A stretch of 64,000 bases of DNA from Halobacteriales archaeon SW_5_70_135 (GCA_003022865.1 PXSK01000021.1:12228-76227), one strand, 5' to 3'. Shown: positions 39,597-50,284, counted from the stretch's first letter. Notes: a model not told the origin generated them from the letters alone. Translations and numbers: made by a program.

Positions 39597-40100
39597 TCAG
39601 CCGACGAGGTCGGTGACCGCCGGGAGCGACTGGCGGCCGTACTCGATCGCCGTCTGGGGGAGCTCGTAAACCACGAGCGCGACGGCGCCGAGTTCGACGG
39701 CGGTCACCAGCAGGAGAACGACCGGCGTCCAGCGGCTGTCGACGGCGACGCCGGTCGGCGACCGGAACTCGCGGTCCCACACCGGGTAGAACGGGGCGAT
39801 ACCGCGTTTCGTCCCGAGCACGTCGAGCACGTAGTGTGTGAGCACGCCGATCCAGACGAAGTGGAGGTTGTCGAAGTACAGCGGGAAGGCGGCCACGACG
39901 ACGAGTACGGGCAGGTTGTGCAGCGTCTTCCGGTGACGACCGAAGGCGGTGTCGACGTCCGGTAGGAGTGCCCCGAGCGTGATCGGCACGCACACCTCGA
40001 CGACGGCGAACAGCGTCGCCCGGTCCAGGCCGGGGTGTAACAGGACGCCGACGCCGACGCCGAGCAGGACGGCGTTGAGCACGTGACCGCGCTTGTTCAC
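39597..40100 (-). CDS. Membrane-bound metal-dependent hydrolase (YdjM-like)
   Basis: GH, GALLPDVD, HRKTLHNL, THYVLD. Confidence 0.85.
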   Translation of the reverse strand: MNKRGHVLNAVLLGVGVGVLLHPGLDRATLFAVVEVCVPITLGALLPDVDTAFGRHRKTLHNLPVLVVVAAFPLYFDNLHFVWIGVLTHYVLDVLGTKRGIAPFYPVWDREFRSPTGVAVDSRWTPVVLLLVTAVELGAVALVVYELPQTAIEYGRQSLPAVTDLVG

Positions 40101-40281
40101 GTCCTCCGGCTCGGCCGGCGAGAACACAAGTGTTGTGACGTGCCGGCGCCGGGGGAGTCGACGGGGCGAACGGTTACACCGGCGACACGGACGGGCGTGA
40201 CGGGTACGGGGACGACGCCCGCAGTGTCGTCTCGCGTCCGGTGATCGACGGGTACACAAAGAGCGGTCGCCGAGACGGCGC

Positions 40282-41391
40282 ATGGACGACATCGACGTCG
40301 AGCCCGTCGACGCGGTGGAGCCGACCGAGGGGGGTGAGGAGCGGGCCGGGTCGACGGTCGAGCCCGAGATCGAGTACGCGACGCCGTCACCGGAGTACGT
40401 ACTGTACGGTGGCAAGGGCGGCGTCGGCAAGACGACGATGGCGGCGGCGACCGGGCTCGCCGGCGCCGCCCAGGGGACGCGAACGCTCGTCGTCTCGACG
40501 GACCCCGCCCACTCGCTGTCGGACGTTTACGACGTCGAGGTGCCATCGGAGCCGACCCGACTGCGCGACGACGTCCCGCTGTACGGCGTCGAGATCGACC
40601 CCGACGAGGCGGTGGACGAGGCGGAGACGGCTGTCTTCTCGGGCGAGGGGTCACCGCTCGGCGGGCTGGCCGAGGGGCTCGGCGAGGAGGCCGACCCGCT
40701 CGCGGGCGGGATGCCCGGCGCGGACGAGGCCGCCGCCGTCCAGCAGCTGCTCTACCTGCTCGACGACGAGCGCTTCGACCGCGTGGTCGTCGACACGGCG
40801 CCGACGGGACACACCCTGCGGCTGCTGGAACTGCCGGACGTGATGGACTCGATGGTGGGGCGACTGCTGCGGCTGCGCGAGCGACTGGACGGGATGCTCG
40901 GCGGTCTCGGCGGGCTGTTCGGCGACGACGACGAGGACGTGAATAAGGAGGAGCGAATGGACGACCTGCGGGCGGTGAGCGAGCGCATCGAGCGGCTGCG
41001 GACGACGCTGCGGGACCCGGCACGGACGGACTTCCGGGTGGTGATGGTGCCCGAGACGATGAGCGTCGCCGAGAGCGAGCGCCTGCTGGCCCGGCTCTCG
41101 GAGCACGAGATCCCCGTCGGCACCGTCGTCGTCAACCGGGTGATGGAGGACCTCGCCGACGTCGTCGACCCGGCGGACGTGGAGGCGCTCCGGGCGGCCG
41201 ACGTCGACCTCGAAGCCGTCAGCCCCGACCTCGACGACTGTGCGTTCTGCCAGCGACGCTGGTCGGTCCAGCAGTCCGCCCTGGGGCGCGCACAGGAAGT
41301 CTTCCGGAACCACGAGGTGAGACGGGTGCCGCTGTTCGCCGACGAGCCGCGGGGGAGAGGGCTGTGGGTCGTGGCCGCCTGTCTGGCCTGA
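40282..41391 (+). CDS. ArsA/Get3 (TRC40) family ATPase
   Basis: GGKGGVGKTT, STDPAHSLSD, DTAPTGHTLRLL, CAFC. Confidence 0.9.
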   Translation: MDDIDVEPVDAVEPTEGGEERAGSTVEPEIEYATPSPEYVLYGGKGGVGKTTMAAATGLAGAAQGTRTLVVSTDPAHSLSDVYDVEVPSEPTRLRDDVPLYGVEIDPDEAVDEAETAVFSGEGSPLGGLAEGLGEEADPLAGGMPGADEAAAVQQLLYLLDDERFDRVVVDTAPTGHTLRLLELPDVMDSMVGRLLRLRERLDGMLGGLGGLFGDDDEDVNKEERMDDLRAVSERIERLRTTLRDPARTDFRVVMVPETMSVAESERLLARLSEHEIPVGTVVVNRVMEDLADVVDPADVEALRAADVDLEAVSPDLDDCAFCQRRWSVQQSALGRAQEVFRNHEVRRVPLFADEPRGRGLWVVAACLA

Positions 41392-41485
41392 CCCCGATCG
41401 CGCGGTCGGGTCGACGTCCGCCGCTCGCCCGCTGACGGCCGTCGCACCCGGGACGCGACGACCGCACGTGACGGAACGGCGCGTC

Positions 41486-42382
41486 TCAGTCGGTGAGCCG
41501 GCCGAGCAGTCCGTAGAGGGCGTCGCGCGCCCCGGCGGGGAAGTGTCGCGCGAGGGTGGCGAGACGGGCGAGGCGGCCGACGGGGTAGCGGGCGGGCGGG
41601 TCGGCACAGGTGGCGGCGTCGGCGACGGCGTCGGCGACCGCCTCGGGCTCGACGCCGAGCGGCAGGCCGCCGACCCGCTGTGTGTCGTCGTAGAAGCGGT
41701 AGAAGGTGCCGTACGCCTCCGTCCGGTCGACGGCCTCGCGCTCGCGCTCGGCGCGGTCGGCGAACGCCGTCTTCACCGGGCCGGGTTCGACGAGCACTAC
41801 CTCGACGTCGAACTCCTCGACCTCGGCCCGAAGCGCGTCGGTCATCGCCTCCTTCGCCGCCTCGGCCCCGGAGTAGACGCCGCCGCCCGGGAACGACACC
41901 AGTCCCGCGGCGCTCGATACCGTCACGATCCGCCCCTCGGACTCGCGGACGTGGGGCAGAGCGGCGCGCACGAGCCGGTGGGGGCCGAACACGTTCACGT
42001 CGAACTGTCTGCGGACGCGAGCGACGGGCACGTCCTCGATCGGGCCGAGCTGTGCGTAGCCGGCGACGTTCACCAGCAGGTCGAGACCGCCGGTCTCGTC
42101 GACGACGCGCTCGACGGCGGCGCCGGTCTCGCGGGCGTCGGTCACGTCGACCGCCGCGGTCTCGATACCCTCGTCGGCGAGGTCGGCGACGTCCGCCGTG
42201 TCGCGGGCGGCCGCGTACACCCGGAACCCCTCGCGGTCCAGGGTGCGTGCCGTCGCCCGGCCGATCCCCGAGGAACAGCCCGTCACAAGCGCCGTGTCCC
42301 GCACCGCGACACCCGAGACGCCGCCCTCCGCCGGGCGACTCGCCGTGGTACCGCCGTCGGGCACGCGCTCGTCGTCGGTCAT
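41486..42382 (-). CDS. Short-chain dehydrogenase/reductase
   Basis: TGCSSGIG, NVAG, VNVFG, EPGPV.T; catalytic YxxxK reads YSGAE. Confidence 0.85.
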   Translation of the reverse strand: MTDDERVPDGGTTASRPAEGGVSGVAVRDTALVTGCSSGIGRATARTLDREGFRVYAAARDTADVADLADEGIETAAVDVTDARETGAAVERVVDETGGLDLLVNVAGYAQLGPIEDVPVARVRRQFDVNVFGPHRLVRAALPHVRESEGRIVTVSSAAGLVSFPGGGVYSGAEAAKEAMTDALRAEVEEFDVEVVLVEPGPVKTAFADRAEREREAVDRTEAYGTFYRFYDDTQRVGGLPLGVEPEAVADAVADAATCADPPARYPVGRLARLATLARHFPAGARDALYGLLGRLTD

Positions 42383-42431
42383 GTCATTCCCTGCGGCGGA
42401 GGGCCACAAGTCTGTTTCCCATCCGACCCGA

Positions 42432-43238
42432 TCAGACGCGGCGCTCGACCGCGTCGGCGTGGGTGTCCGCCAGGCGGGTCGGCTCGGGCAGCTTGTAGCC
42501 GGCCGCCAACGCCAGGGCGAGGTCTGCGGCGGTTTCCGCCCCGACGCGGTGGCCCGGGCTGACGTACAGCGGGTTGACGTGGCGGTCCGGCGAGTCGTAC
42601 TGACGGGTGGAGACGGCGTGGCCGACGACCTCGCCGGCCGCGGTGCCGTACTCGAACCGGTCGTCCGCCTCGACCGGGACGCACTCGCCCTCCGGGAGTC
42701 CCCCCTCGACCGATCGCCGGGGACGGCCACACAGCAGGCTCTTGGCGACGCCGACCGCCGGCCGGTCGAGAATCACTCCGAGGTGGGTCGCCAGCCCGGC
42801 CGTGCGGTAGTGGATCCGGCCGCTCCCGTCGACGGCGAGCAGGTCCGGACCGCGGTCGAGGGCCGACAGTGCCGCGAGCACCGCTTCCCCTTCGCGGAAG
42901 GCGAGCAGTCCGGGCACGTACGGCACCGCGAGGTCGACGACCGCCTCGCCGACCTCGACGACGCGACCGTCGGCGACGGCGACCGCGGCGGCCGCGGCCC
43001 GGTCGTCGCGAAAGGCGACGTCGACGCCGACGACCGTCGAACCGTCGGCGACGAGGTCCGCCCCGGCCGGCGAGCCGCCGTCGGAGTCGAGCGACAGCGG
43101 CTCCCGCAGGGCGAGCCGGTCGACCGCGAGGTCGTGGTCGTCCTCGAACACGGCGGCGTCGGCGACGGCACGCTGCAGGCGACGCATCTCCGCGGCGTCG
43201 AGGTCGGGACGGGGTAGAAAGTCGGACCGGTCGGTCAC
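42432..43238 (-). CDS. nfi: Endonuclease V
   Basis: VGVDVAF, PYVPGLLAFRE, VDGSGRIH, GVAKSLL, PLYVSPGH, PEPTRLAD. Confidence 0.92.
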   Translation of the reverse strand: MTDRSDFLPRPDLDAAEMRRLQRAVADAAVFEDDHDLAVDRLALREPLSLDSDGGSPAGADLVADGSTVVGVDVAFRDDRAAAAAVAVADGRVVEVGEAVVDLAVPYVPGLLAFREGEAVLAALSALDRGPDLLAVDGSGRIHYRTAGLATHLGVILDRPAVGVAKSLLCGRPRRSVEGGLPEGECVPVEADDRFEYGTAAGEVVGHAVSTRQYDSPDRHVNPLYVSPGHRVGAETAADLALALAAGYKLPEPTRLADTHADAVERRV

Positions 43239-43239
43239 G

Positions 43240-44199
43240 TCAGAACGGGCCGCGACCGCCACCGGGACCGGGACCGCCGGGGCCGCCGCGTCGACCGCCG
43301 CCGAGCTGGAGCTGGCGGGGCATCGAGACGCGGTCCTTGACGAGCTGGCCGTAGGTGAGGCCGACGAGCAGGCCGACGAGGTGGGCGGCGTGGGCGATGC
43401 CGCCGAGGCCGAACTGCCCGCCACCGCCGCCGAGGAAGGCGATGCTGACGACGGCGTAGCCGCCAGTGATGAGCCACAGCGGCACCGGCACCGGCGGGAC
43501 GAGCAGCATCACCCGGGCGTTGGGGTTGAAGACGGTCATCGTGCCGAGAACGGCGAGGGCGGCGCCGCTGGCGCCCAGTACGCCGCCGGTCGTCGGGTCG
43601 CCGACGTAGAACGCCTGGACGGCGACCTGTGCGAGGCCGGCGGCGACGCCGGCGCCGAGAAAGAGCGCGGAGAACTCCTTCGAGCCGACGTAGCGCTCGA
43701 CCGACTGGCCGAAGAAGTAGACCACGATCCCGTTGCCGAGCAGGTGGAACAGTCCGGTGGGGTCGTGTGCGAAGATCGACGTGACCCAGGTCCAGACGTA
43801 CTCCGGGTTGGCGGGCGACAGCACGAACAGCGCCTGGTGCAGTTCGAGGGCTCGCTCGCCGCCGACGAAGGCGGGCAGCAGCCGGAGAATGACCTGCTGG
43901 AACATGAACGTCACCGCCATCAGGCCCAGAAAGACGAACGTCATGTTCCCCCGGACGTAGCCCCGGAGCCCGGTCCGTCCGCCCCCGACGCCGAGGTCGA
44001 GGCGGCCGGTCAGGCCGGTGTCGTCCTCGACGCCGTCGTCGAAGCCGCTGTCGAAGACGCCGTCGGGGTCGCCCCAGTCCGCCAGTCCGGCGCAGTCGTG
44101 GTTCTCCGGCAGGCGGTGTTCGGAGCAGTAGGTGCCGCTACACCCCTTGCAGTCGTACGGGAGGTCGACCCGCTCGCCACAGACGTTACACGACGGCAT
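43240..44199 (-). CDS. Rhomboid intramembrane serine protease with N-terminal AN1 zinc finger
   Basis: CxxC..CxxC..C..HR..ENH.C; GASGA and AHL catalytic motifs. Confidence 0.9.
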   Translation of the reverse strand: MPSCNVCGERVDLPYDCKGCSGTYCSEHRLPENHDCAGLADWGDPDGVFDSGFDDGVEDDTGLTGRLDLGVGGGRTGLRGYVRGNMTFVFLGLMAVTFMFQQVILRLLPAFVGGERALELHQALFVLSPANPEYVWTWVTSIFAHDPTGLFHLLGNGIVVYFFGQSVERYVGSKEFSALFLGAGVAAGLAQVAVQAFYVGDPTTGGVLGASGAALAVLGTMTVFNPNARVMLLVPPVPVPLWLITGGYAVVSIAFLGGGGGQFGLGGIAHAAHLVGLLVGLTYGQLVKDRVSMPRQLQLGGGRRGGPGGPGPGGGRGPF

Positions 44200-44424
44200 T
44201 CACCCCGGCTTTGGGATCGCGACAAAAGGGGCTTTGGGTCGCGACCACCGGTCACCGCTGTGGGTGGGCGTCGACGTCGGCGGAGCGCCGGAGTCACGCC
44301 CGCGCCGGCACCGCCGTCGCCGAGCGGTATCGAGCCCAGACGACGCGGAACCGGGCGATCGATCCCCACGCCGTCGTCGGCGGCGGTGGGACGGCTTTTT
44401 GCCCGCGGCGCACCAGGGGTGGGT

Positions 44425-44889
44425 GTGCAGGAGTACGAGCGCAAGCGGCTGCTCGAACGGATCGAGCGGGAGGGCGCGACCGTCGGGGCGACGATCCCGG
44501 AGACGATCGAGGTGCAGGGCGAGACGGTCGACCTGCGGGAGTTCGTCTTCGAGGTGAAACGCCGCGAGACGGTGTCGGCCGGCGAGCGCGAGCGGGTCGA
44601 GCGGGCGAACCGCAACCTGCGACGCGAGCGCCTGCAGCGCAGGCAGCGCGTCGAGGACGGCGACATCACCCCCGAGGAGGGCGAGCGTCTCGTCGAGTCG
44701 ATCGTCGGGATCGACCGCGCGCTGAACGCCCTGGAGTCCCTCGGGACGACCGACATCGAGGCCGAGGAGCGGGCGAAGGAGACTGCCGACCGCAAGCGCT
44801 GGGTGCGCTTCCTGCAGCAGGCGCTCGGCAACGACGACGCCGGCCGGGGACCCGGACCCGGGCGCGGTAGAGGGGGTGACCGCCCGTGA
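44425..44889 (+). CDS. Conserved protein (DUF5788-like)
   Basis: ERKRLLERI..EGATVGA.IP, GIDRAL; overlaps the polX start. Confidence 0.75.
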   Translation: MQEYERKRLLERIEREGATVGATIPETIEVQGETVDLREFVFEVKRRETVSAGERERVERANRNLRRERLQRRQRVEDGDITPEEGERLVESIVGIDRALNALESLGTTDIEAEERAKETADRKRWVRFLQQALGNDDAGRGPGPGRGRGGDRP

Positions 44890-46667
44890 CCACGAACGAC
44901 GAGGTCGCCGAGCAGTTCGAGCGGATGGCCGACCTGCTGGAGGCACAGGACGTGGCGTACAAGCCCCGTGCCTACCGGCGTGCGGCGGAGTCGCTGCGCT
45001 CGCACCCGACCTCGGTCGCCCGGCTCGTCCGCGACGATCCCGACGCCCTGGAGGAGATCGAGGGCGTCGGCGACTCGATCGCCGCGAAGGTGACCGAGTT
45101 CGTCGAGGAGGGGGCGGTCGGCGAACTCGCCGAGCTGCGCGAGGGGACGCCCGTCGACATGGCGGCGCTGACCCGCGTCGAGGGCGTCGGTCCGAAGACC
45201 GTCGGCCGGCTGTACGAGGCACTCGGGGTCGAGACCCTGGCGGACCTCGAACGGGCCGCCCGGGAGGGCGAGATACGCGAGGTGTCCGGCTTCGGGGCGA
45301 AGACCGAGGAGAACGTCCTCGACTCGGTGGCGTTCGCCCGCCGAGCCGGCGGCCGCACGCGGCTCGGGGAGGTGCGCCCGGCCGCCGACCGCGTACTCGA
45401 CGCGCTCCGGGAGCACGAGGCGGTCGAACGCTGTGACGTGGCGGGGTCGATCCGCCGCTGGGCGCCGACGGTCGGCGACGTCGACGTGCTCGTCGCCAGC
45501 GACGACCCCGAGGCGGCCGTGACGGCGTTCGTCGGTCTGTCGAGTGTGGTCGACGTGATCGAGTCCGGCGAGAGGAAAGCCGCCGTCCGCGTGGACACGG
45601 CGGGCGACACCGCGGCGGACACGCGCGTCGACCTGCGGGTGGTCGCCCCGCGGGAGTTCGGCGCCGCCCTCCAGTACTTCACCGGCAGCAAGGAACACAA
45701 CGTCCGCCTGCGGACGTACGCCCTCGAACGGGACGTAAGCCTCAACGAGTACGGCGCCTTCGACGTGAGCGACCTCGACGACGCCGGCGGCGAGGACGCC
45801 GAGAGCGTCCGCGAGCGCGGCGAGCGGGTCGCCGGCGAGACCGAGGCGGGAATGTACGAGGCGCTCGACCTGCCGCCGGTGCCGCCGGAGCTGCGCGAGG
45901 ACCGCGGCGAGACCGCCGCCGCCGCCGCGGGCGAGCTGCCCGACCTCGTCACCGAGGCGGCGGTCCGCGGCGACCTCCACGCGCACACGGCACACTCGGA
46001 CGGCGACCTCTCCGTCGCGGAGACGGTCGCCGCGGCCGCGGAGTTCGGCCACGACTACCTGGCGATCACGGACCACGCCGACGGGCCGGGCGTCCCCGCC
46101 GGCGTCGGCCTCTCCGACGACGAACTCCGCTCGCTGGCGGCGGAGGTGCGCGAGGTCGCCGACGACGCCCCGATCGAGGTGTTCGCCGGCGTCGAGGCCA
46201 ACGTCGACGTCGACGGCGACCTCGACGTGGCGGACGGCCTGCTGGCGGACCTCGACGTAGTCGTCGCCTCGCCACACAGCGGTCTCGGCGGCACCGACGA
46301 CGCCACCGACCGGCTAGTCCGGGCGGTCGAACACCCCGCCGTGGACGTGCTCGGCCACCCGACGGGGCGGCTGCTGGCCGAGCGCTCCGGGCTGTCGATC
46401 GACCCCGAACGGCTCGGCGCCGCCGCCGCAGAGCACGGCGTCGCCCTGGAGGTGAACGCCAATCCCGCACGGCTCGACCTCGGCGGCGGCGCAGTGACGG
46501 CCGCCGTCGAGGCCGGGGCGACGATCGCCGTCGACACCGACGCCCACCGGCCGGCGGAGTTCGACAACCTCCGCTACGGCGTCCACACCGCCCGGCGGGG
46601 CTGGGCCGAGACCGACGACGTGCTCAACACCCGCTCGCCGGAGAGACTGCGGTCGTTTCTCGGCTGA
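44886..46667 (+). CDS. polX: DNA polymerase X with PHP domain
   Basis: HhH GVG, GSIRR...GDVDVL, RVDLR, YFTGSKEHN; PHP HAHT..SDG, TDH, DTDAH. Confidence 0.93.
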   Translation: MTTNDEVAEQFERMADLLEAQDVAYKPRAYRRAAESLRSHPTSVARLVRDDPDALEEIEGVGDSIAAKVTEFVEEGAVGELAELREGTPVDMAALTRVEGVGPKTVGRLYEALGVETLADLERAAREGEIREVSGFGAKTEENVLDSVAFARRAGGRTRLGEVRPAADRVLDALREHEAVERCDVAGSIRRWAPTVGDVDVLVASDDPEAAVTAFVGLSSVVDVIESGERKAAVRVDTAGDTAADTRVDLRVVAPREFGAALQYFTGSKEHNVRLRTYALERDVSLNEYGAFDVSDLDDAGGEDAESVRERGERVAGETEAGMYEALDLPPVPPELREDRGETAAAAAGELPDLVTEAAVRGDLHAHTAHSDGDLSVAETVAAAAEFGHDYLAITDHADGPGVPAGVGLSDDELRSLAAEVREVADDAPIEVFAGVEANVDVDGDLDVADGLLADLDVVVASPHSGLGGTDDATDRLVRAVEHPAVDVLGHPTGRLLAERSGLSIDPERLGAAAAEHGVALEVNANPARLDLGGGAVTAAVEAGATIAVDTDAHRPAEFDNLRYGVHTARRGWAETDDVLNTRSPERLRSFLG

Positions 46668-46724
46668 GGCGACCGCGGCGGGCCGTGACCCACCCAAGCT
46701 TCTGTTTGCCGGCGGTTCCAGCCA

Positions 46725-47151
46725 CTGTATGGTACGGCCCGGAGCGCACTCGGGCGGCGGTTGAGGCCGACGACGCGGTCGTGCTCGTCGCCCCGGCCGA
46801 CGGCGACGACGACGGGGCGGCGGACGGCACCGTCGTCGGCTTCGCCCACGCCGTCGTCGGCCCCAGGGCGGACGAAGCGACAGTCCTCCGGGTGTACGTC
46901 CGCCCCGACGTGCGACGGACCGACCTGGGGACGCGTCCGGTCGAGGCGACGCTGGAGCGCCTGCGAGCCCGGGCCCGGGTCCGGGACGTGACCGACGTCG
47001 AGGCGACGGTACTCGACGCGAACGACACGGGGCCGCGTTCTACCGCAGTCTCGGCTTCGAGCACGACCGCACCGAGGAGACCGTGATCGCCGGCGATCAC
47101 GGGAAACACCCCGGGGCGGTCTACGTCTACGTCGACGCCGAGGACGGCTGA
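46725..47151 (+). pseudogene. GNAT acetyltransferase, 5'-truncated and frameshifted
   Basis: VVGFAH, RVYVRPD.RR..LG; the AAFYRSLGFE motif is in another frame after ~47030. Confidence 0.7.
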
Positions 47152-47158
47152 GCCGCCG

Positions 47159-48286
47159 TCACTCCAGTTCCTCGACTATCTCCTCGACGTCGGCCTCACC
47201 CTCTCCGGGCTCGCCGCCCATGCCACCCATCATGCCGCCCATACCGCCCATCATACCGCCCATGCCGCCCTCGATCGTCTCCTGGACGATCACGCGGTCG
47301 AGGTCGAGCTGTTGTATGATCTGCTGGGCGACCTGCTGTTTCGAGAACATCCACTGCTGGTTCATCGTCAGCTGCGGCGTCGCCTCGACGTACAGCGTCT
47401 CCTTCTCGACGGTCTCGGTCTCCGTGCGCGGCTCCGGTGGGTCCTCCTCGTCGGCGTCCGCTTCCTCGACCGCCTCGTCGTCGGCGTCCTCCTCGCCGGC
47501 GTCGGCATCGGCCTCCTCGTCGTCGCCCTCGTCGGGCGTGACGACGACCTCCTCCTCGACCTCGTCGGTCTCGATCCACATCTCCGGCTCCATGTCCATG
47601 TACATCGAGAACAGCCCCTTCGCGCGCTCGACGCGGTCCTCGACGACGTCCAGTACCTCGTAGTCGTACTCGACGTCCTCGCCGGCGAGGGGGTGGTTGA
47701 AGTCGACGCGAGCGCGACCGCCGATGACGGTCTCGACGAAGCCCTGGTCGCCGTCGATCTGGACGTTCGCGCCGGGGTAGCGGTCGTCCTCGGGGATCTT
47801 CTCGACGCTTATCGTGCGCACCTCGTCGGCGTCGTGCTCGCCGAAGGCCGCCGCCGCCGGCACCGTCACTGTGGCCGTGTCGCCGACCTCGCGACCGACG
47901 ACGTCGTCCTCGACGGGGTCGAACAGCCCGCCCTCGCCGAGGACGACCACTCGCGGGCCGAAGGACTGACCTTCCGTGTCGATCCCCTCCTCCTCGGCGA
48001 CGGCCTCGTCGGTCGTGTCGACCAGCTGGTCGCTCTCGACGGTGCGGGCCGTGTACGCCAGCCGGACGAAGTCGTCGCGCTGGAGCCCCGTCTCGGACTC
48101 GTCGTCGGCCGTCCCGGCGTCCTCGCTCCCGTGGTCGTGGTCCTCGCCCTCGTGGTCGTGGTCCTCAGCGTCGTGATCGTGATCGTGATCCTCGGCGTCG
48201 TGGTCGCCGTCCTCGCCCTCATGATCGTGATCGTGACCGTGACCGTGGTCGTGGTCCTCGGCGTCGTCGCCGTCCTCGTCTGTCAT
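47159..48286 (-). CDS. Long-type FKBP peptidyl-prolyl isomerase (SlyD-like) with His/Asp-rich N-terminal extension
   Basis: DFVRLAYT...VDTT, AFGEHD, RVDFNHPLAG; C-terminal GGM repeats. Confidence 0.9.
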   Translation of the reverse strand: MTDEDGDDAEDHDHGHGHDHDHEGEDGDHDAEDHDHDHDAEDHDHEGEDHDHGSEDAGTADDESETGLQRDDFVRLAYTARTVESDQLVDTTDEAVAEEEGIDTEGQSFGPRVVVLGEGGLFDPVEDDVVGREVGDTATVTVPAAAAFGEHDADEVRTISVEKIPEDDRYPGANVQIDGDQGFVETVIGGRARVDFNHPLAGEDVEYDYEVLDVVEDRVERAKGLFSMYMDMEPEMWIETDEVEEEVVVTPDEGDDEEADADAGEEDADDEAVEEADADEEDPPEPRTETETVEKETLYVEATPQLTMNQQWMFSKQQVAQQIIQQLDLDRVIVQETIEGGMGGMMGGMGGMMGGMGGEPGEGEADVEEIVEELE

Positions 48287-48373
48287 GGGCGCTCCTACCG
48301 GGTCAGGGGTAAAAGGATGTGCGTTTCGCCGGCCGACCGACAGCGGTTTGCCCGCCGGCGACGGCCGTCCGGT

Positions 48374-48928
48374 ATGTACGAGGTCGAGCTGAAGGTGCGA
48401 GCCGACCACGGGGGGGTCCGCGAGCGGCTCGGAGAGGCGGACGCCGAGCGCGAGCGGGCGGTCCGGCAGGTCGACACCTACTACGACGCCCCCGACCGCT
48501 CGTTCGCCGAGACCGACGAGGCACTCCGGATCCGCCGACAGACGCCGCTCGAGGGCGGCGGGGAGACGGTCGAACTCACCTACAAAGGACCGAAGGTCGA
48601 CGACGCCTCGAAGACCCGCGAGGAACACGAGACGGGGGTCGCGGACGGCGACGCCGCCGCCGCCGTCCTCCGGGGGCTGGGGTACGAGGCGGCCGCGACC
48701 GTCCGCAAGGAGCGCGAACGCTACGCCGTCGGCGAGGACCACGTCACGCTCGACCGGGTGGCGGGTCTCGACACGTTCGTCGAGGTCGAGACCGAGGTCG
48801 AGCGGGGGTCGGCGGTGCCCGCGGCCCGGGACCGACTCACGGACCTGTTGGAGCGGCTCGGCCTCGACCCGGCGACGGGCATTCGCACCTCGTATCTCGG
48901 ACTCCTGCTCGAAGATTCTCGGGAGTAA
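48374..48928 (+). CDS. cyaB: CYTH-domain protein (class IV adenylate cyclase/CyaB-like)
   Basis: YEVELK, QVDTYY, ALRIR, TYKGP, KTREE, VRKERE, FVEVE. Confidence 0.88.
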   Translation: MYEVELKVRADHGGVRERLGEADAERERAVRQVDTYYDAPDRSFAETDEALRIRRQTPLEGGGETVELTYKGPKVDDASKTREEHETGVADGDAAAAVLRGLGYEAAATVRKERERYAVGEDHVTLDRVAGLDTFVEVETEVERGSAVPAARDRLTDLLERLGLDPATGIRTSYLGLLLEDSRE

Positions 48929-48988
48929 TACGAGTCGGGGATTCTGTTTCCGCAAGTTATAGAACCGACCCCCGGGTACGGCGGAGCG

Positions 48989-50176
48989 ATGACCGAGCGG
49001 AACGTGCGGGTCCACGACGCCGCGGGGCCCGCAGTCGAGGACCAGGAGATCGAGATCGTCGAACGAAAGGGGGTCGGCCACCCGGACTCAATCTGTGACG
49101 GCGTCGCGGAGGCGGCCTCGCGGGCGCTGGCCCGCACCTACCGGGAGCGCGTAGGTCGGTATCTCCACTTCAACACCGACGAGGCGCAGTTGGTAGCCGG
49201 CGAGTCCGCGCCGGCCTTCGGCGGCGGCGACGTGATCGAGCCGATCTATCTCGTGCTCGTCGGCCGCGCGACGAAGGCGTACGAGGGCACGCGCATCCCG
49301 ACCGAGACCGTCGCCCTGGAGGCCGCCCGGGAGTACCTCGCCGAGCACGTCCCCCGGCTGGAGTTCGGCCGCGACGTCGTCGTCGACGTGAAGTTCGGCG
49401 AGGGGTCGGGCGACCTGCAGGGCGTGTTCGGCCGCGAGGGCGTGCCGATGGCGAACGACACCTCCTTCGGCGTCGGACACGCGCCGTACTCGGAGACCGA
49501 GCGGGTGGTCCTGGAGACGGAGCGACGGGTCAACCGGGAGTTCAACGCCGTCGGCCCCGACGTGAAGGTAATGGGCAAGCGGGAGGGCGACCACCTCGAC
49601 CTGACCGTCGCCGCCGCCGTCGTCGACGCGTTCGTCGACGACCTGGACGGCTACCGCGCCGTGGTCGAGGACGTCGAGGCGTTCGTCCGCGGCGTCGCCG
49701 CCGAGCACACCGACCGTTCCGTCGAGGTGTACGTCAACACCGCCGACGACTACGACGCCGGGTCGGTGTACCTCACCGTCACCGGAACGAGCGCCGAGCA
49801 GGGCGACGACGGCTCCGTCGGCCGCGGCAACCGCGTCAGCGGGCTGATCACCCCGAACCGGTCGATGTCGATAGAGGCCACCAGCGGTAAGAACCCCGTC
49901 AACCACATCGGCAAGATCTACAACCTGCTGGCCACCGAGACCGCCCACGCCGTCGTCGAGGAGGTCGACGGTATCCGCGACCTGCGGGTGCGACTGCTCT
50001 CGCAGATCGGCCGCCCGATCGACCGGCCACACGTCGCCGACGCCCACGTCGTCACCGAGGAGGGCGTCGCCGTCGGCGACGTCGCTCCCGAAATCGAGAC
50101 CATCGTCGACCGCGAACTCGCCGACGTCACGTCGATCACGGACGGCGTCATCGCCGGCGACTTGAGTACCTTCTGA
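48989..50176 (+). CDS. mat: Archaeal methionine adenosyltransferase
   Basis: [47 protein letters not shown]. Confidence 0.95.
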   Translation: MTERNVRVHDAAGPAVEDQEIEIVERKGVGHPDSICDGVAEAASRALARTYRERVGRYLHFNTDEAQLVAGESAPAFGGGDVIEPIYLVLVGRATKAYEGTRIPTETVALEAAREYLAEHVPRLEFGRDVVVDVKFGEGSGDLQGVFGREGVPMANDTSFGVGHAPYSETERVVLETERRVNREFNAVGPDVKVMGKREGDHLDLTVAAAVVDAFVDDLDGYRAVVEDVEAFVRGVAAEHTDRSVEVYVNTADDYDAGSVYLTVTGTSAEQGDDGSVGRGNRVSGLITPNRSMSIEATSGKNPVNHIGKIYNLLATETAHAVVEEVDGIRDLRVRLLSQIGRPIDRPHVADAHVVTEEGVAVGDVAPEIETIVDRELADVTSITDGVIAGDLSTF

Positions 50177-50284
50177 CCCCGGCGGCCGCGGCCGTCACGG
50201 GCGTCGCGGGCGGACCGGCGCCGGGTCGGTCGACCGTCCGACGCCGTCGAAACGCTTAGCCGCCGCCGCTCCCGACTCGGGGGT

